A DNA stretch of 64,000 nt from a virus: positions 1-64,000 of IMG/VR virus record IMGVR_UViG_3300047564_001181; one strand, given 5' to 3'. The notes under the pieces are model-generated. The model ran no database searches and had not been told where the DNA came from. It saw only the letters and a list, made by a program, of their open reading frames with translations. Positions 1 to 10,242 of this stretch are shown in pieces (position 1 is the stretch's first letter; every line of letters starts with the position of its first letter). Both the position numbers and the translations under genes were made by a program.

Positions 1-62
1 ATTTATATATTTAATATATTTATATATATAATATATATATTATATATAATATATATAAAAAA
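1..62. repeat. A/T-only low-complexity (TA)n-like tract
   Basis: About 60 nt with no G or C, downstream of the minus-strand structural operon. Confidence 0.8.
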
Positions 63-67
63 ATCAA

Positions 68-85
68 GGCTACCCGAAAGTAGCC
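68..85 (-). terminator. Intrinsic terminator
   Basis: GGCTAC-ccgaaa-GTAGCC hairpin followed by a T-rich tract on the minus strand, just after ORF 109..447. Confidence 0.6.
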
Positions 86-108
86 AAGAAATTGTTATAA
101 AAATGTTA

Positions 109-447
109 TTAAGAAGTTACATCTGCAGTTACTAGGATAGGACCTTTGAGGATTGTTGAAATAACTCCATCATTGTCCATTTGAATATCGTAGTCATAAG
201 TTTTACCGCCACTTAACTTTGCAGACTCTGTAGCAGTTAGAGTACAACGAATAATACCCTGATTTTCGTCAATGATTTGAATTGAAAAAGAAGCAACGGT
301 TGTTGTCTTATTCTTCTCTTTAATCTGACCAGTAAATGTATATGTTTCAGAATCCAGTGTGTAGGCTTCTCCTCCGCTTTCCAAAGTCATCTGAAAAACG
401 AAAGTGTCTCCACGATAGATTCGGAAGGATTTAAAGCCTGGAAGCAT
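109..447 (-). CDS. Putative virion/baseplate-associated Ig-like protein
   Basis: RGDTF...YDYDIQM beta-rich pattern typical of phage tail-associated proteins; coupled to the upstream fibre gene. Confidence 0.5.
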   Translation of the reverse strand: MLPGFKSFRIYRGDTFVFQMTLESGGEAYTLDSETYTFTGQIKEKNKTTTVASFSIQIIDENQGIIRCTLTATESAKLSGGKTYDYDIQMDNDGVISTILKGPILVTADVTS

Positions 448-1910
448 TAGCCAATCACTACCACTCTAATATTTGCAGTGTTAGCGTTTGTTGTAACTGT
501 AATTCGGCTTGTGGATGAGATATCAATATCTGCATCTACTAAGCTACTTCCAACATATGTCTGAACAATAACATCTGTTGTTCCAAGATTATGGTCAACA
601 TTGTAGGCAGTTCCACCAGTTGTTGAAATTGTTTCTGCGTATGTACGAGCAATTGGCTTTTCAGAACCAGCAAGACCAGCGGTCCAGAATTCACTTGTTT
701 CATTCCAAGTGATAGAAGCATTTGTAGCATCTCCACGCTCGATTTCAATACCAGCATTAGCAGAGGGAGTTCCAGTAACATTCTTATTAAGAACGATAAT
801 GTTATCTTCAACTAGAAGTGTAGCAACATCAAGAGTTACTGTATTTCCACTAACTGTTAGGTCGCCATCAATAACAACGCTTCCAGTAAATGTTTTAGCA
901 CCAGCGAATGACTGAGTTGTTGTAGTTACAACACCAGAAGCCGTAGATGAAGCAGATGGGATAGCAACTGGAGTGATATCTGGAGCACCAGAACCTTGCA
1001 TTGTAAGGTCTAATGTAGGACCAGCCGTAGTTCCACCAGTGAATACAATTGTATCTGGATAGTAGTTTGTATCTGTATCGGTGCTGGAAATTGTAATCGC
1101 ACCAGTAGTATGAGATACGCTAGTAGCACCAGAACCTGTAATTGTTACAGAGTCTGTATCACCAGAGCTTGGAACTAAATTGATTGACGCAGTGGTTGTT
1201 CCAGTAGATGTCAAATCATAAGTAGTATTTGTATCGGTTACAGAGTTTGTAATGGTGATTGTTCCTGAAGACTGACCTAGTGTAATACCTGTGCCAGCAG
1301 AAAATGTAACCGTATCAGTTGTTGAATCATTACCAGTCAAACTGATTGTTGGGCTAGTTGTTCCACCAGCAGCCAAATCGTATGTAGTGTTTGTGTCAGT
1401 TCCAGTAATTGTAATTGTGTTTGCGTCTGTCTGGGCAACGCTAACTGCACCTGAACCTGCGAACTTAACATCATCTGTTGTTGAGTCAGAGCCACTTAAA
1501 CGAAGGTTTGCCCCACCTGTTTCGGTAGTTGCACTAACTGCATATGTTGTGTTAGTGTCAGACACTGTGTTGGTAATTGTAATTGTACCAGTAGACTGCG
1601 AGAGCGAAATGCCAGTGCCTGATGAGAAAGTAACCGTATCTGTTGTTGAATCACTGCCAGTAAGTGTGATTGTTGGACTTGAAGTACCACCAGCTGCAAG
1701 GTCATAGGTTGTTCCTGCAACAACATCATCTGTATATGCTAAACTCTTCCATGCCGAACCAGTGTAAACCTTTAATCTTGGAGTTCCACTTGTATTAAAA
1801 TAAACACGACCTGTGGCATTTGTTGGGTCGCTTGAAAAATCTTCGAATACGAATTGTTTAGCCTTATTTAGTCCAAGGTCTAAATCAACCGCAAATAATC
1901 TAGATGCCAT
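447..1910 (-). CDS. Virion structural/tail-fibre-like protein with internal repeats
   Basis: Thr/Ser/Gly-rich with tandem DTNTTYDL...TITIT repeats; C-terminal HNLGT motif. Confidence 0.7.
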   Translation of the reverse strand: MASRLFAVDLDLGLNKAKQFVFEDFSSDPTNATGRVYFNTSGTPRLKVYTGSAWKSLAYTDDVVAGTTYDLAAGGTSSPTITLTGSDSTTDTVTFSSGTGISLSQSTGTITITNTVSDTNTTYAVSATTETGGANLRLSGSDSTTDDVKFAGSGAVSVAQTDANTITITGTDTNTTYDLAAGGTTSPTISLTGNDSTTDTVTFSAGTGITLGQSSGTITITNSVTDTNTTYDLTSTGTTTASINLVPSSGDTDSVTITGSGATSVSHTTGAITISSTDTDTNYYPDTIVFTGGTTAGPTLDLTMQGSGAPDITPVAIPSASSTASGVVTTTTQSFAGAKTFTGSVVIDGDLTVSGNTVTLDVATLLVEDNIIVLNKNVTGTPSANAGIEIERGDATNASITWNETSEFWTAGLAGSEKPIARTYAETISTTGGTAYNVDHNLGTTDVIVQTYVGSSLVDADIDISSTSRITVTTNANTANIRVVVIG

Positions 1911-1924
1911 TTGTTACCGTCCTT

Positions 1925-2407
1925 TTAGGTGAGATATGCAGTACCAGACAGTGCCACATTCATAACTATTCTAACACTGTTTGTATTTAAATACTGAGTA
2001 TCCGCCTCTATGATTCTATTAGCATTATCCAACACGGTAACATTCGGGAAAAACCCTAAATTATGTGTAATATTCCACTGGGTCGAAGCAGTGCTTTGGG
2101 TATGCACATACTTGACATGATTTACGGGGTCAACATTGATATCTGGGTAGTCAATAACGACATTTCCAGTCTTTCCATTTACCGATAATACCCCTGTCAC
2201 ATTATCGACAACTGACAGTTCTACCTGCAATCCTTCAACTGTTTGTTCTAGTACAACAGTATCCACATTTTGGGTATTATCAATAGTGATATTTGTTTGT
2301 TCAGCCACGGTATTGACATCTACCGAATCGACTTGTGTTACAGGTGAGATTGTAATTTGGTCGATTTCGTCAATAATAGTAATTGCGATAGAGTCTGGAT
2401 TTGGCAT
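1925..2407 (-). CDS. Virion structural protein
   Basis: VLSVNGKTG and WNITHNLG motifs seen in tail proteins; likely leaderless start MPNPD 6 nt after TATAAT. Confidence 0.6.
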   Translation of the reverse strand: MPNPDSIAITIIDEIDQITISPVTQVDSVDVNTVAEQTNITIDNTQNVDTVVLEQTVEGLQVELSVVDNVTGVLSVNGKTGNVVIDYPDINVDPVNHVKYVHTQSTASTQWNITHNLGFFPNVTVLDNANRIIEADTQYLNTNSVRIVMNVALSGTAYLT

Positions 2408-2414
2408 ATCTAAA

Positions 2415-3359
2415 TTATACCACCAAGCGAGCCTCAACAGAGTCAAAATGCTCTGAAATTACCTTTTCCCAGTTATAGTCTTTGTGAACATAATTTGCAT
2501 TTTCGTAATACTCATTTAAGAAAAGCTCAAGGTTTCTAGAAGTATAAATCATTCTATTCTTAAGGCTTTCATAATTAGGCTTAAACATTTTCCCAGGATG
2601 TAAAAGTTGCCATGGGCTATGCCGTATCTCAGAGTCAATTAGTAAGTCATAAGCATATGACTCATAGTCTGCCCAGCCCTTTGTCATAATTACGGGCATA
2701 CCACTAGCCAATGCTTGAAGCGGAATAAGACCAAAGCCCTCTCCCCAGGACGGATAGAGAAGGACATGGTGGTCATACATAATCTGAACTAGCTCATCAT
2801 ACTTGACTGTTTTATTAATAAAAGTAACATTGTCTGCATCCACAGTTGGGATAACTGCATCTTCATATGTTTTGATTGTTAGATGATACTTAGGATTGTT
2901 CCTATAAAGGTCTAGAAAGGCATCTAGAGCCAAGTCCATGCCTTTTCGGTATGCTGGATGCCCAATATGTAAAAACCTCGTCACGCCATCGTAGTGACGC
3001 TTCTGAGGGCTAAACACATTATCCACACCATGTGGAAAAATATAAATTTCTTTATCAAAATACTTAGACATTACATCTTTACAAAAACTATTGGGAACCC
3101 AAAGCTCATCAATCTGAGAAAGTCCATCTTTCCACTTTTCTGGAATCTCTGTAGATTCCCAAGCAGTATATCCAATCTTGTAAGAGTCTGGATTATTAAA
3201 TTTATAGTAAATTGGGTGAGAGAAGGTAAGTTCGATATCAGACGGTCTATCAAGAATAACACTATGCTTGGTTTTAGCTAGGTTAGAGATTAACTTAAGG
3301 GTTACATGCCCATGACCAGTCCAAACGGTTGAGTCTCCGTTGTTAATACTGATTTTCAT
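2415..3359 (-). CDS. Glycosyltransferase, GT-B/GT4 family
   Basis: RKG motif and YPSWGEGFGLIPLQALASGMPVI signature. Confidence 0.9.
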   Translation of the reverse strand: MKISINNGDSTVWTGHGHVTLKLISNLAKTKHSVILDRPSDIELTFSHPIYYKFNNPDSYKIGYTAWESTEIPEKWKDGLSQIDELWVPNSFCKDVMSKYFDKEIYIFPHGVDNVFSPQKRHYDGVTRFLHIGHPAYRKGMDLALDAFLDLYRNNPKYHLTIKTYEDAVIPTVDADNVTFINKTVKYDELVQIMYDHHVLLYPSWGEGFGLIPLQALASGMPVIMTKGWADYESYAYDLLIDSEIRHSPWQLLHPGKMFKPNYESLKNRMIYTSRNLELFLNEYYENANYVHKDYNWEKVISEHFDSVEARLVV

Positions 3360-3363
3360 TTAG

Positions 3364-3678
3364 TTACCTTTTACGAGTTAGGTGGTCTTCAATAACCACA
3401 ATACGCTCATGATTGACTTTTTGAAAGTCTTCTATCCTTCTTACAGCGTCTTTAAGTGATGTACCTGAGTTATAGGTTACTTCTTTATGGACTTCATTTA
3501 AGTCCTTTTCAATTCTTTTTACTCTTTCAGCGAATCCTGGCTCTTCTTCAGTTCCAAGCCATTCGTCAAAGAAACGAACGGTCTTACGAACTATTCCAGC
3601 TACCTGCTTAACAAAAATGGCAATGGCGGTAATTGCTACCAATAAACCAGCCACTGCCATGATTGTTTCGTTTGTCAT
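3364..3678 (-). CDS. Membrane protein, possibly lysis-related
   Basis: N-terminal TM helix, coiled coil and NSGTSLKDAV motif typical of actinophage membrane proteins. Confidence 0.55.
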   Translation of the reverse strand: MTNETIMAVAGLLVAITAIAIFVKQVAGIVRKTVRFFDEWLGTEEEPGFAERVKRIEKDLNEVHKEVTYNSGTSLKDAVRRIEDFQKVNHERIVVIEDHLTRKR

Positions 3679-3712
3679 GATAAAGACAATTATACAACAA
3701 TTTGTATTTTAT

Positions 3713-3976
3713 TTACTTAACTATTTTCTTTACAGCTGTTTTCTTTGCAACCTTTTTCGGTGCTTCAAGGACAACTTCAATTTCTGGAGTTGACTTCTTC
3801 AAATTCTTAACAAGTGGACCGACAACTGCTGCGAGTCCTGCGTTAAGCATAACCTTCAATGTTTCGACATCAAATAGGTTCTCAATTGAAAGACCCTTTG
3901 CTGTCCATACTGCAATTGCAGCAACCAAGAAGTGTCGTGCATATGATTCTAGAATTTTTTTATTCTTTTCTGACAT
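3713..3976 (-). CDS. Holin-like membrane protein
   Basis: Two hydrophobic helices and a basic C-terminus. Confidence 0.5.
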   Translation of the reverse strand: MSEKNKKILESYARHFLVAAIAVWTAKGLSIENLFDVETLKVMLNAGLAAVVGPLVKNLKKSTPEIEVVLEAPKKVAKKTAVKKIVK

Positions 3977-4041
3977 TGCTTTTTTGTTTCCTTTCCGCTA
4001 TAATAGCGTCTTGAGTAACTAAGTATAGTAGAAAGATTATT

Positions 4042-4734
4042 ATGATTCAAGTTTTAGACAAAGGTTATGTAAAACTAATTAATAACATGGGTAGCGATTT
4101 AGAGGTTGTAAACGCTGCCAGAGCCTCGTTCGAGAAAGAAAGCTCCGAGCTGACAGAAAGAGATTCTAAATTAATAGACTTCCTCATTCGTGACAAACAC
4201 GACAGTACGCTACGACATTGCGTTATGACCTTCGAGGTCTACGCTCCGCTAATGGTAGCTCGCCAGTGGTATAAACACGCAGTTGCAAGTACACACCTAG
4301 ATGACCAAATGGGTTGGAATGAATCTTCTCGCCGCTATATAACAGAAAATGAAGAGTTCTATTTGCCATTGCCCCAGCATTGGCGTTCGGCGGCGGAGAA
4401 TAAAAAACAAGGTTCTGGGCTACCTGTAGAAACCCTCATCGGTGCTGAATACACGCAAAAGCTTCGACATCTTACAGATGAAGGCTATACAGCCTATAAA
4501 GAAGCATTAGAAGCAGGAATTGCACCTGAACAAGCACGATTGCTGCTTCCTGCATATGCAATGTATGTTCGATGGCGTTGGACTACTTCGCTAAATGGAG
4601 CTTTACACTTTTTGGCATTACGGCTAAAAAATGACTCGCAATATGAGATTAGAGAATATGCAAAAGCGGTGGAGGAATTGATTGCTCCCCATTATCCAGT
4701 AAGTATTAACGCATGGAAGGAATACAGAGTATAA
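4042..4734 (+). CDS. thyX: FAD-dependent thymidylate synthase
   Basis: VNAARASF, ARQWYKH, WNESSRRY and EQARLLLP motifs. Confidence 0.95.
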   Translation: MIQVLDKGYVKLINNMGSDLEVVNAARASFEKESSELTERDSKLIDFLIRDKHDSTLRHCVMTFEVYAPLMVARQWYKHAVASTHLDDQMGWNESSRRYITENEEFYLPLPQHWRSAAENKKQGSGLPVETLIGAEYTQKLRHLTDEGYTAYKEALEAGIAPEQARLLLPAYAMYVRWRWTTSLNGALHFLALRLKNDSQYEIREYAKAVEELIAPHYPVSINAWKEYRV

Positions 4735-5111
4735 TGGCTAAATATGGTAAAGAAGATGTCTATGTTACAGCATCAGATGGAAATAGAGTATTGAGAGAAA
4801 GACTGTCTGAATATGAGAAGACTATAGCCAATATGCCTAAGTCAGAAGACTTAGACACTACCCCGAAAAATAAGAAAGAAGATATTATGGAAGAAACGAA
4901 TGTTGAAGACAACATTGAGATTTCAAAAGTTCAAGATGATGCTATTGTTATCAACTATATTATGTTAGGTCGAATTTATGACCTTTTATGTGTAATAGGT
5001 GATTCATTAGGTAAAGGTGAAGATATTATGAAGATTATGGATTTACATAAGTCAGGACAACTTATGTCACCACCTCCGATTTTACAGACTATGGAAAATA
5101 ATGAAGACTAG
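4734..5111 (+). CDS. Hypothetical protein
   Basis: ORF overlapping the thyX stop (TAATG), start MAKYG. Confidence 0.6.
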   Translation: MAKYGKEDVYVTASDGNRVLRERLSEYEKTIANMPKSEDLDTTPKNKKEDIMEETNVEDNIEISKVQDDAIVINYIMLGRIYDLLCVIGDSLGKGEDIMKIMDLHKSGQLMSPPPILQTMENNED

Positions 5112-5234
5112 ATTCAAACTCTATATCTTTGCTGTTTTAGTTCTGTATTTTGGATTTAGAATGACATCTATGATTATAGATAAGCTACACCTAGACTTTT
5201 CAGATGTAGTACTTACTGAAGACTAATATATTAA

Positions 5235-5281
5235 TATTTCCCCCAGCCGACATCTTGTCTAACGCTAGGGGAAATTTTTTT
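5235..5281 (+). terminator. Intrinsic terminator of the thyX operon
   Basis: AATTTCCCC...GGGGAAATT stem followed by a T run. Confidence 0.6.
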
Positions 5282-5583
5282 ATTCCCAAGGATAAAAATT
5301 TATTCCCAAAAACTAAAAAATATGTTACTTAGTAGTATATATTATTGTTTATTGGATATTTTATAATTGACAAAAATGTTAATAAAATTTTATCTTGTAT
5401 GATGCGTGTTTTCTGAACTCCTTATCAAAAAATGTAGTGAGCACATCACAAATAGTTCTATTTTGGGACAAAAGGTACATTCGTTATCAAACTGTTATCA
5501 AAGTTGTCCTATTTGTACGCATTTCTAACTTGCAAATGTGAGACCTATCCTGTATCTTTGGACACATAAGAAAGGAAGTTTCA

Positions 5584-5730
5584 ATGTTTGAAATGGAACT
5601 ATTAGATGAACTACTAGATGTAGATGTCAATGAATGCTCTGTATGTAATGCCCTCTCTGTTCCTCGTGAATGTAAGTCTTGTGGAATGGATACTTGTGCT
5701 ATCTGTGTTAGTTGCGAATACTGCGACTAA
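5584..5730 (+). CDS. Cys-rich microprotein (48 aa)
   Basis: AAAGGAAG RBS; four CxxC pairs; absent from the ORF track. Confidence 0.65.
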   Translation: MFEMELLDELLDVDVNECSVCNALSVPRECKSCGMDTCAICVSCEYCD

Positions 5731-5780
5731 TGTCAGACCTATCTGCTACACTCTCCCTACCTACTAAAGAAAGAAACAAA

Positions 5781-5981
5781 ATGGATAAGCAAATCTGCAC
5801 CCTTGAAATCGTAATTGATAATACGCCTTACTACTATGAGGCTCATTCATACCAGCGTGTTGCCGAAATCTTGCACGGGCAAATTGAAACTCTAAATAAA
5901 CTAAATGAACTTTATCCGCAAACCTATGGTAAAAAGTCAATTGACACTTTCACAATTCACTACTTTCAGGAAGTAAAATAA
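5781..5981 (+). CDS. Hypothetical protein
   Basis: ATG after promoter copy 2 and an AAAGAAAG purine-rich leader. Confidence 0.6.
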   Translation: MDKQICTLEIVIDNTPYYYEAHSYQRVAEILHGQIETLNKLNELYPQTYGKKSIDTFTIHYFQEVK

Positions 5982-6299
5982 TTGTTTGACTTATCTTTCA
6001 TAACTGACCCATTAGCAACTATTGCTCAATGGGTTGGCTATGGTCTAATCGGTATCTTTATTGTTGGCTCACTATTCCTATTAGTTGTTGTGCCTGTAAT
6101 GTTCAAGATGGCAGCCGTATCGTTTGCTCGTGTGTTAGTTGTAGAGACTAGCAATCTACTAAGCAAATCAGGATTAGCAAATCAATTTAGCAATGCTGTT
6201 GATAGTGTTAGCAAGGCAAGCAATGAACTAACAAAGGCAATGCAAAAGCAAAACACTTATCAAGTTATCAAGTTAGATGAGGAGAAGATAAATGCTTGA
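5982..6299 (+). CDS. Membrane protein
   Basis: Long hydrophobic N-terminal segment. Confidence 0.6.
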   Translation: MFDLSFITDPLATIAQWVGYGLIGIFIVGSLFLLVVVPVMFKMAAVSFARVLVVETSNLLSKSGLANQFSNAVDSVSKASNELTKAMQKQNTYQVIKLDEEKINA

Positions 6300-6595
6300 G
6301 ATACTATTCCTAATCATAGGCTTTGCAATGGGACATCTATTTGCAACTAATAAATCATTGACACAAAAACTAAATGAATTAGATAGATAAATGGAAATAG
6401 TAATTCTAACAGTGTTAGTTCTATTTGCAATTGCTGTAATGACTAACCATAAGTAACACCCGCCCAGGGCGACATGCCCGAGCGGGGTCCCCCGCCTGTG
6501 GATAACTCTTGTCAAATCGTGTCCACCATTTGGACGGCGTGTCTTGCTTATTGCGAATACTTTGCAAGTAGTATCTCATTATTTGGAATAACGGC

Positions 6596-6632
6596 GTGTC
6601 AAGTTGAAATCTATCTCTAAATAGTGTATCTT
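6596..6632 (+). promoter_or_regulatory. Sigma-A promoter with upstream GTGTC (WhiA-like) box
   Basis: GTGTC-aag-TTGAAA-N17-TATCTT upstream of ORF 6660. Confidence 0.55.
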
Positions 6633-6659
6633 TAGCCATAGATAGAAAGGAAGTTCCAA

Positions 6660-6815
6660 ATGCACGGAAACTCAAAGTTCAAACTCACTCAGCAACTGAT
6701 TGACGCTCAGCGTGGATTAGAAATGCAATTAGAGCGTGACCCTTCAAATGATAGAATGGTTGAATACTACAAGAAAGAAATCTCTCGCCTGACCAAGCGT
6801 GTCTATGGCGTGTAA
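6660..6815 (+). CDS. Hypothetical protein (51 aa)
   Basis: GAAAGGAAG RBS; MHGNSKFKL... Confidence 0.65.
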   Translation: MHGNSKFKLTQQLIDAQRGLEMQLERDPSNDRMVEYYKKEISRLTKRVYGV

Positions 6816-6863
6816 TGTCAGACCCTTGTGCTACACTCTCACCCTAACGAAAGGAAAACTAAG

Positions 6864-7034
6864 ATGAACTTAGAAAAACAAAATCAAATCAAAGACTTAC
6901 TGAAAGTCTGTTATTCAAATGAAAAAGAAATTGTATTAGACGCAAGATTTTTTGGAATGTGTCAGGCTATGCTTACTGATGAGCAAGCAGACACTATGAT
7001 TTCATACATACAAAAATGGATTGAGGAAAAATAA
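6864..7034 (+). CDS. Hypothetical protein
   Basis: GAAAGGAA RBS; MNLEKQ... Confidence 0.65.
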   Translation: MNLEKQNQIKDLLKVCYSNEKEIVLDARFFGMCQAMLTDEQADTMISYIQKWIEEK

Positions 7035-7190
7035 ATGGGTGCAGTAAAAAATGCTCTAATTGAAATTCTAGAATGTAAATTGTGTTATGGTAAAGGTTAC
7101 TCAGGTTGGGCTAATACCGAAGGTGACTATGAGTTTGAATGGTGCGAATGCAACCCCTACGAGTTTGATGTAAGTGAATGGAGTAACTAA
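7035..7190 (+). CDS. Zn-ribbon-like microprotein
   Basis: CKLCYGKG...WCEC; abuts both neighbouring ORFs. Confidence 0.6.
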   Translation: MGAVKNALIEILECKLCYGKGYSGWANTEGDYEFEWCECNPYEFDVSEWSN

Positions 7191-7399
7191 TGGGATACAT
7201 AGAAATAATTTCATTTGATGAAAATGGAGTAACTAAAAAAAATCTTAATGAATTAAATTTTGATGAAAGAGTTTCATTAGAGGTTGATGTAGATTTAGCA
7301 TTATCAGGATTTGAAAAAGTGCAACTGCTCTGCGTAAATTGTTTAGTTGAAATTCCTAGTGGCTCAGGATTTTATTGCAAAAAACATTTACCCAAGTAG
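7190..7399 (+). CDS. Hypothetical protein with C-terminal CxxC...CxxH
   Basis: ORF track; TAATG coupling. Confidence 0.6.
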   Translation: MGYIEIISFDENGVTKKNLNELNFDERVSLEVDVDLALSGFEKVQLLCVNCLVEIPSGSGFYCKKHLPK

Positions 7400-7566
7400 T
7401 GAGATGAGCTGTCTCACCATTTGAAACGGGGGACCCCGCCGTGTGATGCACATCACAAAAATAGTTATACTCACAAGTAACTAAACTGCCTAAAAATAGG
7501 TACAAAATAGGACATATTCAATTTCCAATGTCAGACCCCCTATGTATACTCAGACCTATAAACACC

Positions 7567-7623
7567 GAGAGTGTGAGCCTCGCAAATAATCCCGAAAGGG
7601 TGAGCCGAGCAAATAAAACTCTC
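7567..7623 (+). ncRNA. Candidate pseudo-symmetric structured 5' leader, copy 1
   Basis: GAGAGT/ACTCTC outer stem, CCC-GAAA-GGG inner hairpin, two TGAGCCNNGCAAATAA strands. Confidence 0.6.
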
Positions 7624-7642
7624 ACTAAAGAAAGGTAATCAG

Positions 7643-7786
7643 ATGATTGCACTAGAAGTAATAGAAAGTGCAGAAACTATTTTCTGCGAAATTCATTCAG
7701 ACTATGTTCATAGTGCTGAGTGTGTTGATTGCGAAATGAGTTCGTGTGCCGATTGCTTACGCTCATTCGGTTGCGATAACTGCTAA
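7643..7786 (+). CDS. Cys-rich microprotein similar to 5584..5730
   Basis: GAAAGGT RBS; CxxH, CxxC, CxxC, CxxC. Confidence 0.65.
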   Translation: MIALEVIESAETIFCEIHSDYVHSAECVDCEMSSCADCLRSFGCDNC

Positions 7787-7824
7787 CCATAACTAAATAA
7801 ATTTTACTAAGAAAGGAAGTCACT

Positions 7825-8022
7825 ATGACTAACTCAATAACTATCACCCTTGAAGGTCAGTATGCTGGCTGGAATGTAACCTACTTTGAAGGTTGCACCG
7901 TTTGCGAAAATGCAAAGGCTGAAAATAAGCCTCCGTTTATCTATCACAATAACTGTCTCTATGGTGGACGCAAAGTCGGTCACTCATCTGACGGTCACTG
8001 CACCGCTGACGCTTGCTACTAA
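7825..8022 (+). CDS. Cys/His-rich small protein
   Basis: AAAGGAAG RBS; CxxC...H..C...H....HC...C. Confidence 0.65.
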   Translation: MTNSITITLEGQYAGWNVTYFEGCTVCENAKAENKPPFIYHNNCLYGGRKVGHSSDGHCTADACY

Positions 8023-8089
8023 AATAGCAAGTTTCAATGTCAGACCCCCCTGCTATACTAATCCCATAACCAAACGAAAGGAAAACTCT

Positions 8090-8215
8090 ATGAATCTCCA
8101 AGAGTTTCAAGCCAAAGTCCAAGCAGACCGCTTGGCACAAGCGGAACAACTCCGCAAAGAAAACCTTGCAAAGTCTGCAAAGTTTCTCGCTACTCTAACT
8201 AAGGAAGGAAAGTAA
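8090..8215 (+). CDS. Small helical protein
   Basis: RBS; MNLQEFQAKV... Confidence 0.6.
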   Translation: MNLQEFQAKVQADRLAQAEQLRKENLAKSAKFLATLTKEGK

Positions 8216-8392
8216 AATGTCATCACTCTTTTACTTTGATTTTTATTTTGATACAATCAACGGATTGATTATCGAATTCCCATTTCTGAATCTGCAAATT
8301 GCTCCGTCAGTTATTTATCTTTTTATTTTGACAATTATCGCTTTGCGAATTCGTAAAGTTTATTTTCTAGATAGAAAGCGTGGTCGCAGATA

Positions 8393-8557
8393 ATGATGAC
8401 TAGAAAAGACTATGTGCGAACCGCTGAAATTCTAAACACATTCAAAGATGAAATTGATAAAACAATTTTTGAAGATTTGATTTTCAACTTTGGCGAAATG
8501 TTTGCAATTGATAATCCAAATTTTGACCCTGCAAGATTTTCTCAGGCTTGCAAATAA
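8393..8557 (+). CDS. Small protein, MTRKDY...DNPxFD..RF..AC family, copy 1
   Basis: Paralogue of 10469..10645. Confidence 0.7.
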   Translation: MMTRKDYVRTAEILNTFKDEIDKTIFEDLIFNFGEMFAIDNPNFDPARFSQACK

Positions 8558-9049
8558 TCTAAACCCGCAGGGCGTGTCGGATTGACACGCCCGAGGGCGG
8601 GGGACCCCGCATAACGATTTAATAACAAAAAGATACACCCTATAGGATAAGCTTGAATTATCTACCCAAAATAGGGCAATCACCTATTTTCAATGTCAGA
8701 CCCCCTCGCTAGTATTGGGTTTCCAACCCACTACGAAAGGTTCACTGTGAGCAACTACTATGATGATGACTACTACGAGCAGGAAGGTTCGGTCACCTAC
8801 ATTGGTGACTGCTCCTGCTATGACAACTACATCTGTCGGAGTTGTTTGCAAAAGTGGTAAGGGGCTAATTGGTAGGGCGACCAAAACATTTGGCTGCCCT
8901 ACCAAATCCAAAGGCGGGGGACCCCCCTTGTGGATAACTCGTGTGACGGACATCACAAAAAAAATATTTATCCACAGCCCATTTTGTCCCGATTTTAGGG
9001 CTTCCAATGTCAGACCCCCCTTGTATAATTCTACTATGAAAATTAAATA

Positions 9050-9118
9050 GTGAGCGTTTAGGTGAGCCTAGCAAATAAGTCAGAAATGAATGAGCCTAGC
9101 AAATAAACTAAACGCCAC
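9050..9118 (+). ncRNA. Candidate pseudo-symmetric structured 5' leader, copy 2
   Basis: GCGTTTAG/CTAAACGC outer stem, TCA-GAAA-TGA inner hairpin, two TGAGCCTAGCAAATAA strands. Confidence 0.6.
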
Positions 9119-9148
9119 AAAATAAACTTACTAAAGAAAGGTTCTTAA

Positions 9149-9271
9149 ATGAATACTGAAAATGAAAATAAAGAAATCACTTGTGAAATGTGTTTAATCT
9201 TTGGTGAATACACTCACATTGCTTATGTAAATGGTCACGGATACCATTGCACTTGTGACCGCTGTTTCTAA
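9149..9271 (+). CDS. Cys/His-rich microprotein
   Basis: GAAAGG RBS; CEMC...HCTCDRC. Confidence 0.6.
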   Translation: MNTENENKEITCEMCLIFGEYTHIAYVNGHGYHCTCDRCF

Positions 9272-9324
9272 CAGCGTGTCATACCCCTATGCTACAATTT
9301 CTCCCATAACGAAAGGTAAACTAA

Positions 9325-9450
9325 ATGTTTTGTAATGTATGTAATGATTTTATTGATAGTGCATTTGATGAAGAGGTAACTTGCATAGATTGTGCGTTGT
9401 CTGATTTTGATTTAGAAATTGAAGAGATTGAATTGGAAGAGGTATTCTAA
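9325..9450 (+). CDS. Acidic Zn-ribbon-like microprotein
   Basis: RBS; CNVC...CIDC with Glu-rich tail. Confidence 0.6.
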   Translation: MFCNVCNDFIDSAFDEEVTCIDCALSDFDLEIEEIELEEVF

Positions 9451-10242
9451 ATGATGTTCTACAATGGATTTAATTTACTTATTGATTTAATTTTGATTAG
9501 CGTTACTGCGTTATGGTTTCACGGCGTTGGATATCGTAAGGCTAAGCACTACTATCAGAATAAATTCAAGGGATATTTCAAACCCCCGTTCTAGCGACAC
9601 GCCCGAGCGGGGTCCCCCCGCCAGCTCCGCTGTCAAATCGACACGCCGTAAATCCTAAAATTGTTATCAAATGTTTACCAAAATCGGACAAATGCCTTAT
9701 TCGAGTGTGGCGAAGGTCACAAACTAAATTCGGACAAATGCGACTTTCGAGTTGCCGAATGTCAGACCCCTATGGTATCTTTAGCACATAAAGAAAGGAA
9801 GTCTAATGACAAACTCATTCAAGTCACTTGATGAACTCAAGCAATTCGTGCTTGCTGAAAAAATTGCTAACTATGAACAACAAAAATTAGTTGAGCAAAA
9901 ATTGTTCGCTTCACTACAAAAGAAAGGTAACAACTAATGTTAGATTGCGATTGGTGCGAAAAATATTTCGCTATGCAAGATTTATTCAATGTAGACTACT
10001 TAGGTGGTTTCGCTAATGTGTTATGTGCAAAGTGTGTTGATGAGGCACACAAAATGTTTGCAGATACACTAGAAGGAGTGTGGCAGTAATGTTGCTAAAC
10101 ACTTATGCTAAAACTCAACTAATGTGTTGCTATTGCGAAGGCTTATTGCCTAGTGATGCAAAATGGTGCGAGAGTTGCCAAGAATACAAAGGCGTAATGA
10201 CTATCGCAAACTTTCAAGAAATCTATGGAGAGGAATACTAGA

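Noticed and set aside
447-1910. Diversity-generating retroelement in fibre genes
   Set aside because: No reverse transcriptase and no adenine-specific TR/VR pair; repeats are protein-level
3020-3028. Single DnaA boxes in coding sequence (also near 25404)
   Set aside because: Isolated and compatible with chance
8696-9074. ORFs 8696..9007(-), 8760..9050(+), 8865..9074(-)
   Set aside because: They run through regulatory repeats; the plausible gene is the short RBS-led ORF at 8747
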